Positions 52,440 through 62,938 of a DNA stretch of 64,000 nt are shown one piece after another. How positions within the stretch are numbered: position 1 is the first letter of the stretch; each line of letters begins with the position of its first letter. The notes beneath the pieces are model-generated. The model ran no database searches, was not told where the DNA came from, and saw only the letters and a program-made list of their open reading frames with translations. Made by a program: the position numbers and the translations under genes. Origin of the DNA: Enoplolaimus lenunculus (Eukaryota); the NCBI GenBank assembly GCA_030248215.1, contig JASANG010000621.1:310001-374000 (forward strand), given 5' to 3'.

Positions 52440-54170
52440 TTTATTAAAAGGATAAACCACATTTACATCAACGAAAGCAATTATATAAACCAAAGAAGGC
52501 AACAACATATTATCATAACATAACAAAGGTCCTTGAAAATTACCCATTATTCTACTCTGCTTGCAAGGATATTATTCAGAGCAAATATGTTAAAAAGCAC
52601 ACAAGAAACCTAGTTTCAAAACAAACTACAAATCAGGTACGCTGAGAAAAAGACATTCGAAAACCCAGCATGCTATCATTCTGTCGGGTTATTGTTCCAA
52701 AAACCTTAAAAAAACATTCTGCTTTTAGATACAGCTTAAGTTTGCACAAATTTCTATAAACATTTTCCTGAAAAACATCAACAACACAGACATTTTCATT
52801 GTTAAACTCGAGTTTACATCGAGCACTCCATATTGCCAATTGTGCATGTTGGACGATGAAATTAAAAGCTATTCTCTTTAATGGGTCGTGAATATTTCGT
52901 CCCAAAATTAAATCCGAAATCGTTATTTCATTTACTCCAGCTACCTGTTGCAAAACGGGAGTAATGAAAAAACTAATTTCTTGCGCCCGCAAACAATAAA
53001 TAAACACATGAACATTATCCTCCCGCACTTCAATTCCATCCAAATAACAAAACGAACATATATTTGTCCCATCTGTAAAATGACTAGTGCGGTGATTAGT
53101 ATACAATGACTTGTGTCTTAACCTAAAATGGACGTCTAGCGCAGAGCCGTCAACATATTTCGCTTTTGCCCATATCCATGATCCCTCGACAAAAATAGGT
53201 TCAACTCCTTGCTCGTCTCGCCAAAAAACATGTTTAGGATGCATGAGTCCCTTATACACAGCGTGTATCCACATTTTATGCAATTTATTTGCCGACACTG
53301 TTTTTAAGGATAACTTTTCGCCAAAAAACCAACAAAAATTTCCATCCATTTTAAAAGATGACTCAATCATTGCAATCCGTATCTCTTTATATACTCCGGT
53401 ACATCAATGCGTCTCAGTTGACGTTTAGTCGAAAACTGAACTTGCCGAAAGAAATGTTCGAAACATCTCTTCCAACTCACAACTTCGGTACCTCTTAATA
53501 TTCGAATATAAAACATTAAACGATTCACTTTCAGTCTGACAAAAATATTTGGGAAATTTATCCCGCCGTGACTAGGTTGTAAAAACAGGATATCCCTTCT
53601 AATAATACTAGCGGTGGACGGGTACCACAACCACTTATAAACCACATTGATAGTTTCCTTCACTAGTTGCTCAGGGGGTGTTACTAATTTTATCAAATAA
53701 TTAAACATACACAAAAAATAAATGTGAACAAGATGGATTTTTCCAAAAACACAGAGATACCTCGGGGCGGTATTCGCTGTTCAAGACTTGCAATTGCTTC
53801 ATAGCACTTTATCCAATTTTCAGGAACATCGAGTCCCTTTGAATCAAACCAAAGGCCATAAATTTTCACTCTTTCAACAATAAAGCGTGCATATTGATGG
53901 GGTACAAGTGCGTTCCTTAGATCGCCCATTAATAGTATCTGTGTTTTAGTTTCCTTTAGTCGGCTGCCAGAGGCCTTTTGAAATTTTTCAAAAACATCAA
54001 AAACCACACTTATATCTGAAATCCTACTTAGAAAAATATTAGTGTCGTCGGCAAACTTAGTCACTCGGGTGTTAATGCCGTATAGTGGTATCCCCGAAAT
54101 TCTTGAAGTTATTCGAAGATAATGAGCTACCACTTCCGCTGTTATGACATATAATGACGGCGATAAGGGA
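52440..54170 (-). mobile_element. 5'-truncated, frameshifted Tx1/L1-clade non-LTR retrotransposon (RT C-half plus zinc finger)
   Basis: PLSPSLY, KFADDT, SGSRL..KT, VKIYG, GGINFPN and C-terminal CSFC..EDNVHVFIYC are spread over ORFs 53693-54184, 53367-53714 and 52633-53370. AATAAA at 52445-52440. Confidence 0.9.
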
Positions 54171-54899
54171 AGTATTTGTTTCATTTGCTGTATTAGTTTC
54201 TAAAAGTCTGTACTGTGCTTCCTCTTTTTCAGCAAGTTTGATTGCATCCTCCAGTGACTTAGGTTCCTTAGATAAAACAAATTTTTTCATTCTACGGTCA
54301 CGAAGGCCTTCAATAAAAAAGTCGCAAGCGAATGCATCTCGTGTATGTTCATCTATATTAGGCCATGCGCCACGTGCGAGTACTTTAATAGCTTGCCCAT
54401 AGTCACCTACGCCTTCTGTAACTAATTGTTTGCGACGAACTAGTTCATTTCTTTTAAATTTTTCTCCCTCTGGTGCTTGCAGTAACTCTACAAGTTTAGC
54501 CGTTAATGCTGAGTAACTGCGCTTAGTGGCATCAGGTAGTCCACGATAACATTCAAGTGCAGTGCCTCTTAAATACGCTGGTAGTACTTTGGTTTTCCGA
54601 GCTTCATTCCAGTTATTGGCGTTGGCTACAAGTTCAAAAAGTTCGAACCACTGTTTAAAATCTTCCCCAATTTTTCCATGATATAGTGCAAGGTCGGTTT
54701 GGTATGTTACAGATGTGCTAGAAGTGGTGTCTAAATCAGTAATTTGTTCTTGTAGTACTGCAACACTTTTATTTGTTTCCGTTTGATTGCGTAAAAGGTG
54801 TGAAATTTCTTGATTTTGTCTTTCCAGGGCTCGCAAAATGCTATCTGTGCGCTCCTTCCCCGTGAAAGATGTAGAGGGTGCAGGGTCCTCCTTAGACAT
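54171..54899 (-). CDS. gag: Ty3/gypsy-type Gag, N-terminal/capsid half (truncated)
   Basis: Capsid motifs YHGKIGEDFKQWFELFE..ANNW, LPAYLRGTALECY, RKQLVTEGVGDY, FIEGL and PKSLEDAIKLA; lies downstream of the LTR and PBS. Confidence 0.9.
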
Positions 54900-55280
54900 T
54901 GAGTCCGGTTTAGACCAGGGCGCTTAGAATTATTCGAAAATATGGGATGTACCAGCGGGTACGGAATGGTAAAGCAAGAATTGGGAGCGAGATGCGCTCC
55001 GGAGATGAACGAGGTACGTTCGAAGGCTTCTGGGGGCGCCCAGAAGAGCTTCTGGAACTAAACGGACTTGGTTATGAAGGACGTGCTAAGGTGTGATGTT
55101 GCCTACTTAAAGTATCCCGTTTTATTTATTGTGAGTTAGTTAGTATGGTTAAATTAAGCCTAATTAATTTAGTACGTGTGCTTAATTTTACAGTGTAAAT
55201 TTGTCGGTTGGGTTGTTTTGCTAATGTGTCTGTTACGGGGAAGCGGTATTCCTATCTACTGATTGCACCGGGTTTGAATT

Positions 55281-55303
55281 TTCGATCCCCAGTACGACCT
55301 CCA
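55281..55303 (-). promoter_or_regulatory. tRNA primer-binding site
   Basis: TGGAGGTCGTACTGGGGATCGAA, 4 nt after the LTR end. Its complement reads as T-loop TTCGATC, T-stem CCCAG, acceptor strand TACGACC, discriminator T and CCA. Confidence 0.85.
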
Positions 55304-55307
55304 AAAA

Positions 55308-55772
55308 TGTAACGCCGCTTATGAATTCTATCTACTTACCACAAGGGATCCAATTCGTGGCATGCGCTATCAATAAACCCACGAAACTGGCCGATAATTG
55401 TAAACGTCCAGAGCGAAAAGATAATACGAAAAACTCGGTTTTCCAAGCGATAAATACGGCGCACACAGCCCGTTGGTAAGAAAATGTAAACTGCCAATTG
55501 CACTGAAGTAAACAGCAAAATTCCAACTAGTTCTGTTCTCTAACCGCGCTCTCCGTTTATATATCAGCTAATTGTTTAGCCTTAACATTCAGAATTTTAC
55601 AACATTTTTTTAACTACCCTTTTCAAATCTTCCAACTTTGCGCATTTCATAAAATCAACATTTCAAATTATTTTCTCTTTTTCTCCATTTACAGCTCGTG
55701 AACAATGCCTATTCATCACTGGTTTTAAATATAAAAATTTAAGCAAAGTATGAATAATCACCAAAAGTTACA
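55308..55772 (-). mobile_element. 5' LTR (465 bp)
   Basis: TGTAAC...GTTACA terminal inverted repeats, TATATAAA at 55563-55556, followed by the PBS and gag. No second LTR found in the window. Confidence 0.85.
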
Positions 55773-56186
55773 CTGCGCCACACTGCAATTAAAGCAGCCT
55801 TGAAGGGTTTAATTGAAACTCAACAGGCTATGATACACCAACTTACAAATAAAACGGACCGACGTGTTTCATTTGTAGAAGACGGTGCAGTAGCCGCTAT
55901 CGAACCAGAAGATAAATATAAAAATTTAAGTCTTGAAATAGAACGATTGCATAGAAGATTAGATGGGTTCTTTCGGGTACAAAATAATCGTAGACCAGAT
56001 TCGAGAAGATTTAGTTCACCGGGTTACCTTGGACGCTCCACCACTTCGGGCAACATACGCTGTGAACACTGTAATGGTGCACACCACAGCTATACTTGTA
56101 CTCGAAAACCATACACTTCTAGTTACCGGTCAGCAACGCCAGACAGACCCAGTAGAAGTCCGGGACGAACATTTAGAGGACAATAA
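55773..56186 (+). CDS. gag: Gag C-terminal half (coiled coil, CCHC zinc knuckle, R/S/P-rich nucleocapsid region)
   Basis: Frame is open from the LTR edge; CEHCNGAHHSYTC = CX2CX3HX4C; basic RS-rich flanks; no start codon of its own. Confidence 0.75.
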   Translation: MRHTAIKAALKGLIETQQAMIHQLTNKTDRRVSFVEDGAVAAIEPEDKYKNLSLEIERLHRRLDGFFRVQNNRRPDSRRFSSPGYLGRSTTSGNIRCEHCNGAHHSYTCTRKPYTSSYRSATPDRPSRSPGRTFRGQ

Positions 56187-58334
56187 CCATACTATACTAG
56201 TCGGAATGAGCAGCGAGGACCTACCCTAAGCACACCTAGACGTGCTAGTCCATCTCCAGCACGCGGAGCTCAGCATAGCAGCAATAACCGAGATCGAAAC
56301 TATGTTAACAGTATTGATACTACAAACTTGGAGAATTTACAGGCAGAGAATGACGCTTTGAGGGATCACTTGCAACGGTTAAGTGAAGCTGGACCGACAT
56401 CCTTTTTAGCAAATGTGATACCACACACTAAACCTCAACAAAAAATTATTAATTCATACCAACCAACCACAAAATTTAGGTTTATACTCATCATTGCTTT
56501 TGTACTTATATACTACTGTTTTTATTGCGGTCACTGCGGTACATATAACTTTTGTCAAGGTAACAAAGGGGGTCACGCTATAGCAATCCCACAAACACTC
56601 ACCTGTGTTAATCCTCATGTGGCAAAAGTACAGGATATAGATATTAGACTTTTTACACCTCGAACCGAACCCGTAATAAGGACCACATGGAAATGTTCTA
56701 TTATACAAAGAACTATTTGCACTAACACTGGGTTCTTCGGTTCAAAAGGAATCGTTTCAGATAACACTTATGAAAAACCAGCTGATATTATCACTTGCAA
56801 AATAGCACGCACTAACAAGGTCTATAGAAATACAACGCTCATTCAGACAACTCCAACTACCTGGTCTACCTTGCAAACTTTAAATGTGAAATACAAATGG
56901 TGCTGCTATAGTTTCTGCCAGTCAATTGAGAATTTTCTCCTAGAGGTTGGCCAAGCCGCGACATTTAATGGTGTGGTTCTAGTTAGTAGTCTAGGGGATC
57001 TTAGCGCCTGCACAACCTCCAATGACTATTGTCAAACACGTACAGCAACCTACGTCTGGATCAAACATTTTCCACCAGGACCTTTATGTCACTTACAAGA
57101 GCATGGTACATACACCGGAAAAATTAGTAACCAGCACATCATTGTCGATGAGGTTCAAGGAGCATTTACACTTACTAATATTACCACTATAAATTGCCGA
57201 TGCACAAAGGGTATTCTACATGAGACATTTGAAGGGGTTAGTATCGAATTTCTTTCCGTTAATAGTTTACAACTGAAATCTCTGCAAACCCAATACTCGA
57301 TGCAAACAGATGACAATATTGCATCAAACACCAGTGAACATACTAACGCCATCGATCCTGTCAATACTAAATTAAATTATTTACAATACCAAATTAATAG
57401 AATGCAAATTGAAAGTTTTGCACGGGTATGGCAAGAGTTATGTGCTAATAGGAAACGACAACTACATATGATAAAACAATTAATAACACTAGATGCCACA
57501 TTGGGAGCCAGAGTTTTACTTCAGCGGGACAGCATACATGCAGTTATAGCTGGTGAAGCACTTCTCGTATGGGACTGTATACCAATCGAAGTTACATATT
57601 TTTATTGGGACCACAATTTAAATGGAACCTGTTATGAGTATATACCTGTTGAAACAAAACTCAAAACACTTTTTGTTTTGCCAGGTACTAAAGATCTAGT
57701 GGCTGAATCAAAAATTATACCTTGCAATACACCACTGCATACTTATTACCAACTTCAAAATCGTTGGCATTCTATAGGACAGGAAATTCATGTATCCGAC
57801 GTACCACTGAATCTAATCTGGACCTCAAAATTTAAATTCTTTTCTTTTAATGCCAGCTCAATTGCTCTGAGACATACTTCAAACTACCTACCTTATATGT
57901 ACCAACTCTTAAATGAAAGACAACGGTACCGCGACACACAAACGCAATTAGACAGACTTGTTAATTACACAGCAGGAATGTCTTACGATCCATCAGTCGT
58001 CTATAATGTGATTAAAGGAACCGGAGACGGTATAGCTACGGTGGTTAAAAGTTATGGTAATACAGTTGGCAAAATATTTCATAGTGTTACTACCGACACT
58101 ATAAGTTTAGTCAATGGCTTGCTGCGGGGACCCATACAAATTATTATCAATCTCATAGTTATTATAGGCCTTATGTTAGCAGTTATTGGGTTCCTATATG
58201 TAGGCTATAAAAGAAGACTGTTTCAAAAATGCAAACCGCGGAAAACCATATTTAAAAACCGAACTATAACAAGGTTTTGGCCCGTGTCTAAAAGAATTCA
58301 CCACCAGAAGTGCCGGAATTACCAGATGTACTAA
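56187..58334 (+). CDS. env: Env: class III viral fusion glycoprotein (herpesvirus gB/chuvirus G-like), in frame with gag
   Basis: Internal signal-like FRFILIIAFVLIYYCFY and a Cys-rich ectodomain. VWQELC..LDATLGARVLLQRDSIHAVIAGEALLVWDC resembles the gB central helix region. Also CYEYIPV, a Gly-rich amphipathic membrane-proximal segment, TM IIINLIVIIGLMLAVIGFLYVGY with basic stop-transfer KRR, and several N-X-S/T sequons. Confidence 0.85.
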   Translation, partial: PYYTSRNEQRGPTLSTPRRASPSPARGAQHSSNNRDRNYVNSIDTTNLENLQAENDALRDHLQRLSEAGPTSFLANVIPHTKPQQKIINSYQPTTKFRFILIIAFVLIYYCFYCGHCGTYNFCQGNKGGHAIAIPQTLTCVNPHVAKVQDIDIRLFTPRTEPVIRTTWKCSIIQRTICTNTGFFGSKGIVSDNTYEKPADIITCKIARTNKVYRNTTLIQTTPTTWSTLQTLNVKYKWCCYSFCQSIENFLLEVGQAATFNGVVLVSSLGDLSACTTSNDYCQTRTATYVWIKHFPPGPLCHLQEHGTYTGKISNQHIIVDEVQGAFTLTNITTINCRCTKGILHETFEGVSIEFLSVNSLQLKSLQTQYSMQTDDNIASNTSEHTNAIDPVNTKLNYLQYQINRMQIESFARVWQELCANRKRQLHMIKQLITLDATLGARVLLQRDSIHAVIAGEALLVWDCIPIEVTYFYWDHNLNGTCYEYIPVETKLKTLFVLPGTKDLVAESKIIPCNTPLHTYYQLQNRWHSIGQEIHVSDVPLNLIWTSKFKFFSFNASSIALRHTSNYLPYMYQLLNERQRYRDTQTQLDRLVNYTAGMSYDPSVVYNVIKGTGDGIATVVKSYGNTVGKIFHSVTTDTISLVNGLLRGPIQIIINLIVIIGLMLAVIGFLYVGYKRRLFQKCKPRKTIFKNRTITRFWPVSKRIHHQKCRNYQMY

Positions 58335-58915
58335 AACCGAATGAACAAATTTTGAATACAGAAACAACAAGAAAACCTTCTTGGGCTATTATTGAGATTT
58401 CCGAAAAAGATACACCAATTTGGCCACCAAAATCAATTTGTGGTACAAAAACGGGTAATTTTCTTATTCCAGCTGAAGTGGCTGAGAGAAAAATGACTAT
58501 TATTTTCCGTTCTCCGAATATTTCTGACGCCACTCTCATAGCAAAAATGCTGCTGTTTTCCAATTCAAACACAATAGCCATTCATCGCAAAACTTTTAAG
58601 CATCCAACTTTAAGTTAACAAGTGAATCACTAACATTAGCTGAGCGCTTGTTACACGATAATGCAAGGTTAAAAACTTAAAGTAGGCTTTAAAGTTTCGA
58701 ACTCAACTTTATTTGGTCGTGGAGTATTTATGCGCTACAATTTGAAATAATTGACATTTATTTACTCTAATTAAGGTTTAGGGACTCTATTCGCTTACGG
58801 ACTCTTATTAGGGATACGGACTCCTATTGATTTGGACTCAAAATGGGAAGTCCCGCTAATTAACTACAGTAAGTATTCAGGCGGCGCAGATGCTTAACTT
58901 GTTTAAGAAACGTAC

Positions 58916-59023
58916 TTTTAAAATATTGAATCCGTTGCGTTCAATTTCGGCGCATATTTCGTCGGAAAATTCGTACGCATCCGGTTTAATAATTGCCAGT
59001 GTTTTCTCTGAATGATTTATCAT
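58916..59023 (-). CDS. First coding exon of a group II nucleoside diphosphate kinase (NME5-like); downstream exons not found
   Basis: MINHSEKTLAIIKPDAYEFSDEICAEIERNGFNILK followed by donor GTACGT; EKTLAIIKPD is the NDK N-terminal motif. Confidence 0.75.
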
Positions 59024-61314
59024 ACTTTTTTGTAGTTTTAAAGCAAATTTCAAATTTGACGCTAAATAAAAATGCAAAACACGGATCATTTTAAACTTAT
59101 AGGGAACATCCTTTTGAACGAGGAAACTGAACTATGAAATGTGAAACAATTTCTCGACTATTCGTTTTGCGTCTGTGATAGTTTACAATTTCAAATTGCG
59201 ATACAGTTGCATTGGCGGCATAAATTAAATATTTGAAGCTGTGATTGCTTGGGTTTAAAATATTTCTTAAAAATGTTAATTTTCAAAATTTCAACATTTC
59301 ATGCCGAAATTTCTTAAATTTATAAAATATATTCATTTCGATGTTTTATATATACATATATATGTATATAAGTATATATCAAGTGCAAATAAATTCAAAC
59401 TTTGTCACAACTAAATCATTACGCCATTTCAGGGTCAAAAACCCTCTGCGTGTCTCTACTGCTTACGATGCTGCTTCACTATCGATATTCCAACCGCAGT
59501 CGCCGAAATTTCTCATTCATAGGACGAATTAAAAAACTTAGAAGAAATTAAAAAAATAGGCTTAGATTGAAGGCGAAAACTGAAAATTAAAGTTCTGAAC
59601 ATAAACGAGTTGATTTTCAATCAATATGGTTGAAATGTTTTAGAAAACATAATGCGACATATGGGTTTACGTTTCTCTTTTTTCATTTTAATATTAAAGG
59701 TCAAAGAACGCGTAAACAAGAACTCGGTTTGAAATAAGATAATAAACCGAACAAATTTTATATACGAATGCAGTTACAGAAAACGGTTGCTAAGTAACGA
59801 CAACAATAATCTTGGTGTAGAATAAATATAAAAACGCAGGGTACGCAAGTGTACTCAACATAGGTTGGCTATAAAATATTTTGAAGACATTGAGCAAACT
59901 ATAGGCCGCAAGAGACTAGAAGCATCGATTTGTCACTTAGAACATATGCTATTGCAAGTACTGTAGGGACCCGAATAAGCGAGAAGGGGGTAATAAGATG
60001 GGGTCGCCATTTTGGGTAGTCCGTAACAGATAGAATCCCTAAACCCTATTTAGAGTCGATAAATGTCAATCATTCCTAACTGTAGCGCATGACTGACTCC
60101 AGGACCAAACAATTTGAGTTTGAAACTTGAAAGCGTACTTAAGTTTTGAAAATAGATTCCTTAGTATAACCTTGCATTAGCGCTCAAGCTGTTGACACAA
60201 GACAAATAAAAGTTTAATTCAACGGATAGTTGCAGTACCGGTTATTATGTCGCTAACAAAGAATGACGGAGCGTGGGATAAAAATAAACAACAGTCTGTA
60301 ACCGAATAACAGGGAGGTACCCTTTGGAGAGGCCAAATAAATCTCCTATCAATGTTTTTAACCACCAGGTTGCTAAATGTTAACAAACTTTCACGCTCGC
60401 CACATTCGCTGGCCTACTGCTTTACTTAATATCACATAACTCAATCGAACTGAAATATGCAAGAATGGTAATAAAACAGTTTTGGGGTGAGGTGTTCCGT
60501 GTGCTGTCTAAGCTTTTTCCTGAGCTGTTCCGCTGCTAAAGTAGAACACGTCAATGAATTTCGCTTCAAAGATGAGTTCACTCTCTAGATCCACCGTTGT
60601 GCAACTTTGGTGTGAAACTTTTTCGGAAAGGTATCCTCACAGCTATGAAACACGAGGGTGACCTCGCAAAATTTCAGATCAATCGTCGAGAAGTTCTGGA
60701 TCCACCTCTACGTTATGGAGGCCCATCCTGGAGTTTGGAGGGAGATCCCATCCCTGTCTGCTCCGGCTCTGCATATATTGCAATTCCGCAATATTTTCAG
60801 GACACTGGACCTTTAGTAGTTGAAGTATTTAAAACCTATGAACGACTTTATTAGCCGAGACGTTGAAAGCATTTGAGGTAAGGTCTAAACCCACGGTTCC
60901 TACCTAAACTGGCTGGCTTGGAGGCTACGCCATGAGCGCAATGGTAAATTACCGCGCTATGAAAACGGTGTACAGTCGAAAATAGGATAGACAGTCAAGG
61001 GACGACCTTGTTGAATATTGAACCAATGCAAAAAGTACTGATGGTTTCTGGCACGCTTCGCTCGCGATGTTTTTTGCGACATATTGCGGTGTAGACCCGT
61101 GCAAAAATATACTGGATCAGCAACCGGCAATGAATAATTCAGTGCAAACTGCAAATTGTGTACGCGAATTCTACTCGAATTTTTTATGTCATTTGAGAGC
61201 TTTGTTTGCCTGGTATGGCTAGTCTTGTGTAGCTCAGCGGCGGCTGTGGCTACACCATATATAGGTGGAAATTAGACTGTTTTAAACAAGTCGCTGCCCC
61301 CAATATTGTTCCTA

Positions 61315-61686
61315 CGCTGCAAAAAATGGTGAGTCTATTTGACTCTCTCCGATATAGGCTCTACACATGCGACGCTGTGAGTTGAACTTGACTCAATTTG
61401 TGTAGTCCCGTAAGCCCAATGCGGAAAAAAGAGTCAATTTGACACACCATTTTTGGCCCATGTATAGAATATGGCCGGAACGTTTTCCGGCGGGACTGTA
61501 ATAGTATAAGTTTAAACGTTAGACTAATTGATTGCTTAAATTTAGGCTTAGGCTTAGGTTTAGGCTTAGGAATCTGCTCATTCTTACGTTTAGGCTTTAG
61601 GCTTTAGGTTTAGGCGTTAGGCTTAGGAGTATGCTTATACTACTGTCCAGGCCTTGTTCTATACATTGGCCCCATTTTTGGCAGTG
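61315..61686. mobile_element. Tc1/mariner-type MITE with a nested TTAGGC-containing insert
   Basis: TA-CGCTGCAAAAAATGGTGAGTC ... CCATTTTTGGCAGTG-TA; homologous to 14463-14669; TTAGGC arrays at ~61541-61628. Confidence 0.65.
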
Positions 61687-62719
61687 TACGTTCCTGAAAC
61701 TTTACATTTAAGTTGCAATCCATCGTAAACAAGATTTACATCTGTATTTTTACTTCCGGGTTGCACAGAACTGGTATCCGGCAACAACTTTTATTACAAC
61801 GCGTATAATTAACCATAGGCTAAATGTGTATCTGCGAAGAATAAGTACCGGATATAAAAAATTATAATTTATTTGCTAGAATAGCTTAGCGACTATTCAG
61901 ATGCGATAAAGTATTATTTTACCCAAATGCTATGATTTGTACCTATTAACCTGTTTGTTAGTTTCAATTTCCGGTTCTAGTAATGGTTACTTATCCGCGA
62001 TTCGTCTGTGTAATATTTTGAACGAAATGTTACTAGGCAATTTTGGTGTTGTTTTGAATAACATTTAAATCCAATCGATTTTCAAAGTATATGTCTTGCA
62101 AACAACCCTTTCTGCATGGCGAGGATTTGTTTGAAATTTTGGCCAATGTATACAACAGAGCCAGAGCAGTAGCATATTCCTAAGCCTAAACCTAAACCTA
62201 AGCCAAATCCTAAACAAGCGTGAGAATGAGCTTATGCCTAAGACTAAGCATAATACTAAGCAAAAAAATAATGTAAAGCTTAAGTTTACTCTATTGCAGG
62301 CCCCCAGAAAAACGTTTCGCCTGTAATTTTTACATGAGACGAAATTTTTACTTTAAAAATCAATTTTATACTTTGATCAACATTCGCTGACCACAAAGGC
62401 CAGCAAAACGTACGCCTTCAATGCATACGGTGGAGTTATTTAAGCTTTACAATGTTTCAATTTTGGTATGAATCTATGGTCTTGAATTTTCCAGTAAATT
62501 TTTATTTTAACTTAAATTAGCTCATAGTTTTAGACTTCCAATAGAGATCGCGAAGAATGATTCGCTAAGTTATCTCAACTGTAGAAGTGTGTAGCAGAAC
62601 CGGTTAAGTGTCCTCAGCATAGGGCTAGCACGTCACACTCGGTCGGTCTAAACTGGTGCAATTGGCCAGTGGCAGATTCGCCTTGTTCGTTGGGTCTGAC
62701 TTGGGACGGCAGTGTTTAT

Positions 62720-62938
62720 AGGTTAATTAGTATATATCGCACCGTGTTTAACAATTGCAACACGTATACATAGTACTAAATCACCACAAGACGTGAGCGC
62801 CCCCTCGGGCTCGAGCGTCAAGCTCCTATAGCCGAGTGGTGATGGTATACGCTTCCCACTCCAGTCACTGGAGTTCGAATCCTAGCGTAAAAGTAGGTCT
62901 GAGGGGAAATAGGAAATATTCATGTGAGAAAGGGTTAA
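62720..62938 (+). mobile_element. Copy of the tRNA-bearing piggyBac-like MITE
   Basis: A-box TAGCCGAGTGG, B-box GAGTTCGAATCC, end ATGTGAGAAAGGG-TTAA; reverse-complement match to 23146-23350. Left boundary unclear. Confidence 0.7.

Noticed and set aside
55773..55787. Minus-strand AGT GTG GCG CAG (SVAQ) next to the LTR could be the Tx1 residues preceding GCPLSP
   Set aside because: Only ~12 nt and equally explained as in-frame gag on the plus strand; it cannot be distinguished from chance.
59431..59532. Possible plus-strand terminal exon after TTTCAG (VKNPLRVSTAYDAASLSIF...)
   Set aside because: No upstream partner exon or recognisable homology found.
60560..60854. Relatively GC-rich 85-aa ORF
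   Set aside because: No recognisable motif or supported splice structure; possibly decayed TE.
61541..61628. Chromosome-end telomere or CRISPR-like array
   Set aside because: Short degenerate TTAGGC runs inside a MITE with no repeat-spacer structure, in eukaryotic DNA.
62822..62890. Possible tRNA gene (also ~10425-10493 and ~23190-23258)
   Set aside because: A/B boxes are present but I could not form a convincing cloverleaf, and the segments are embedded in a dispersed repeat.
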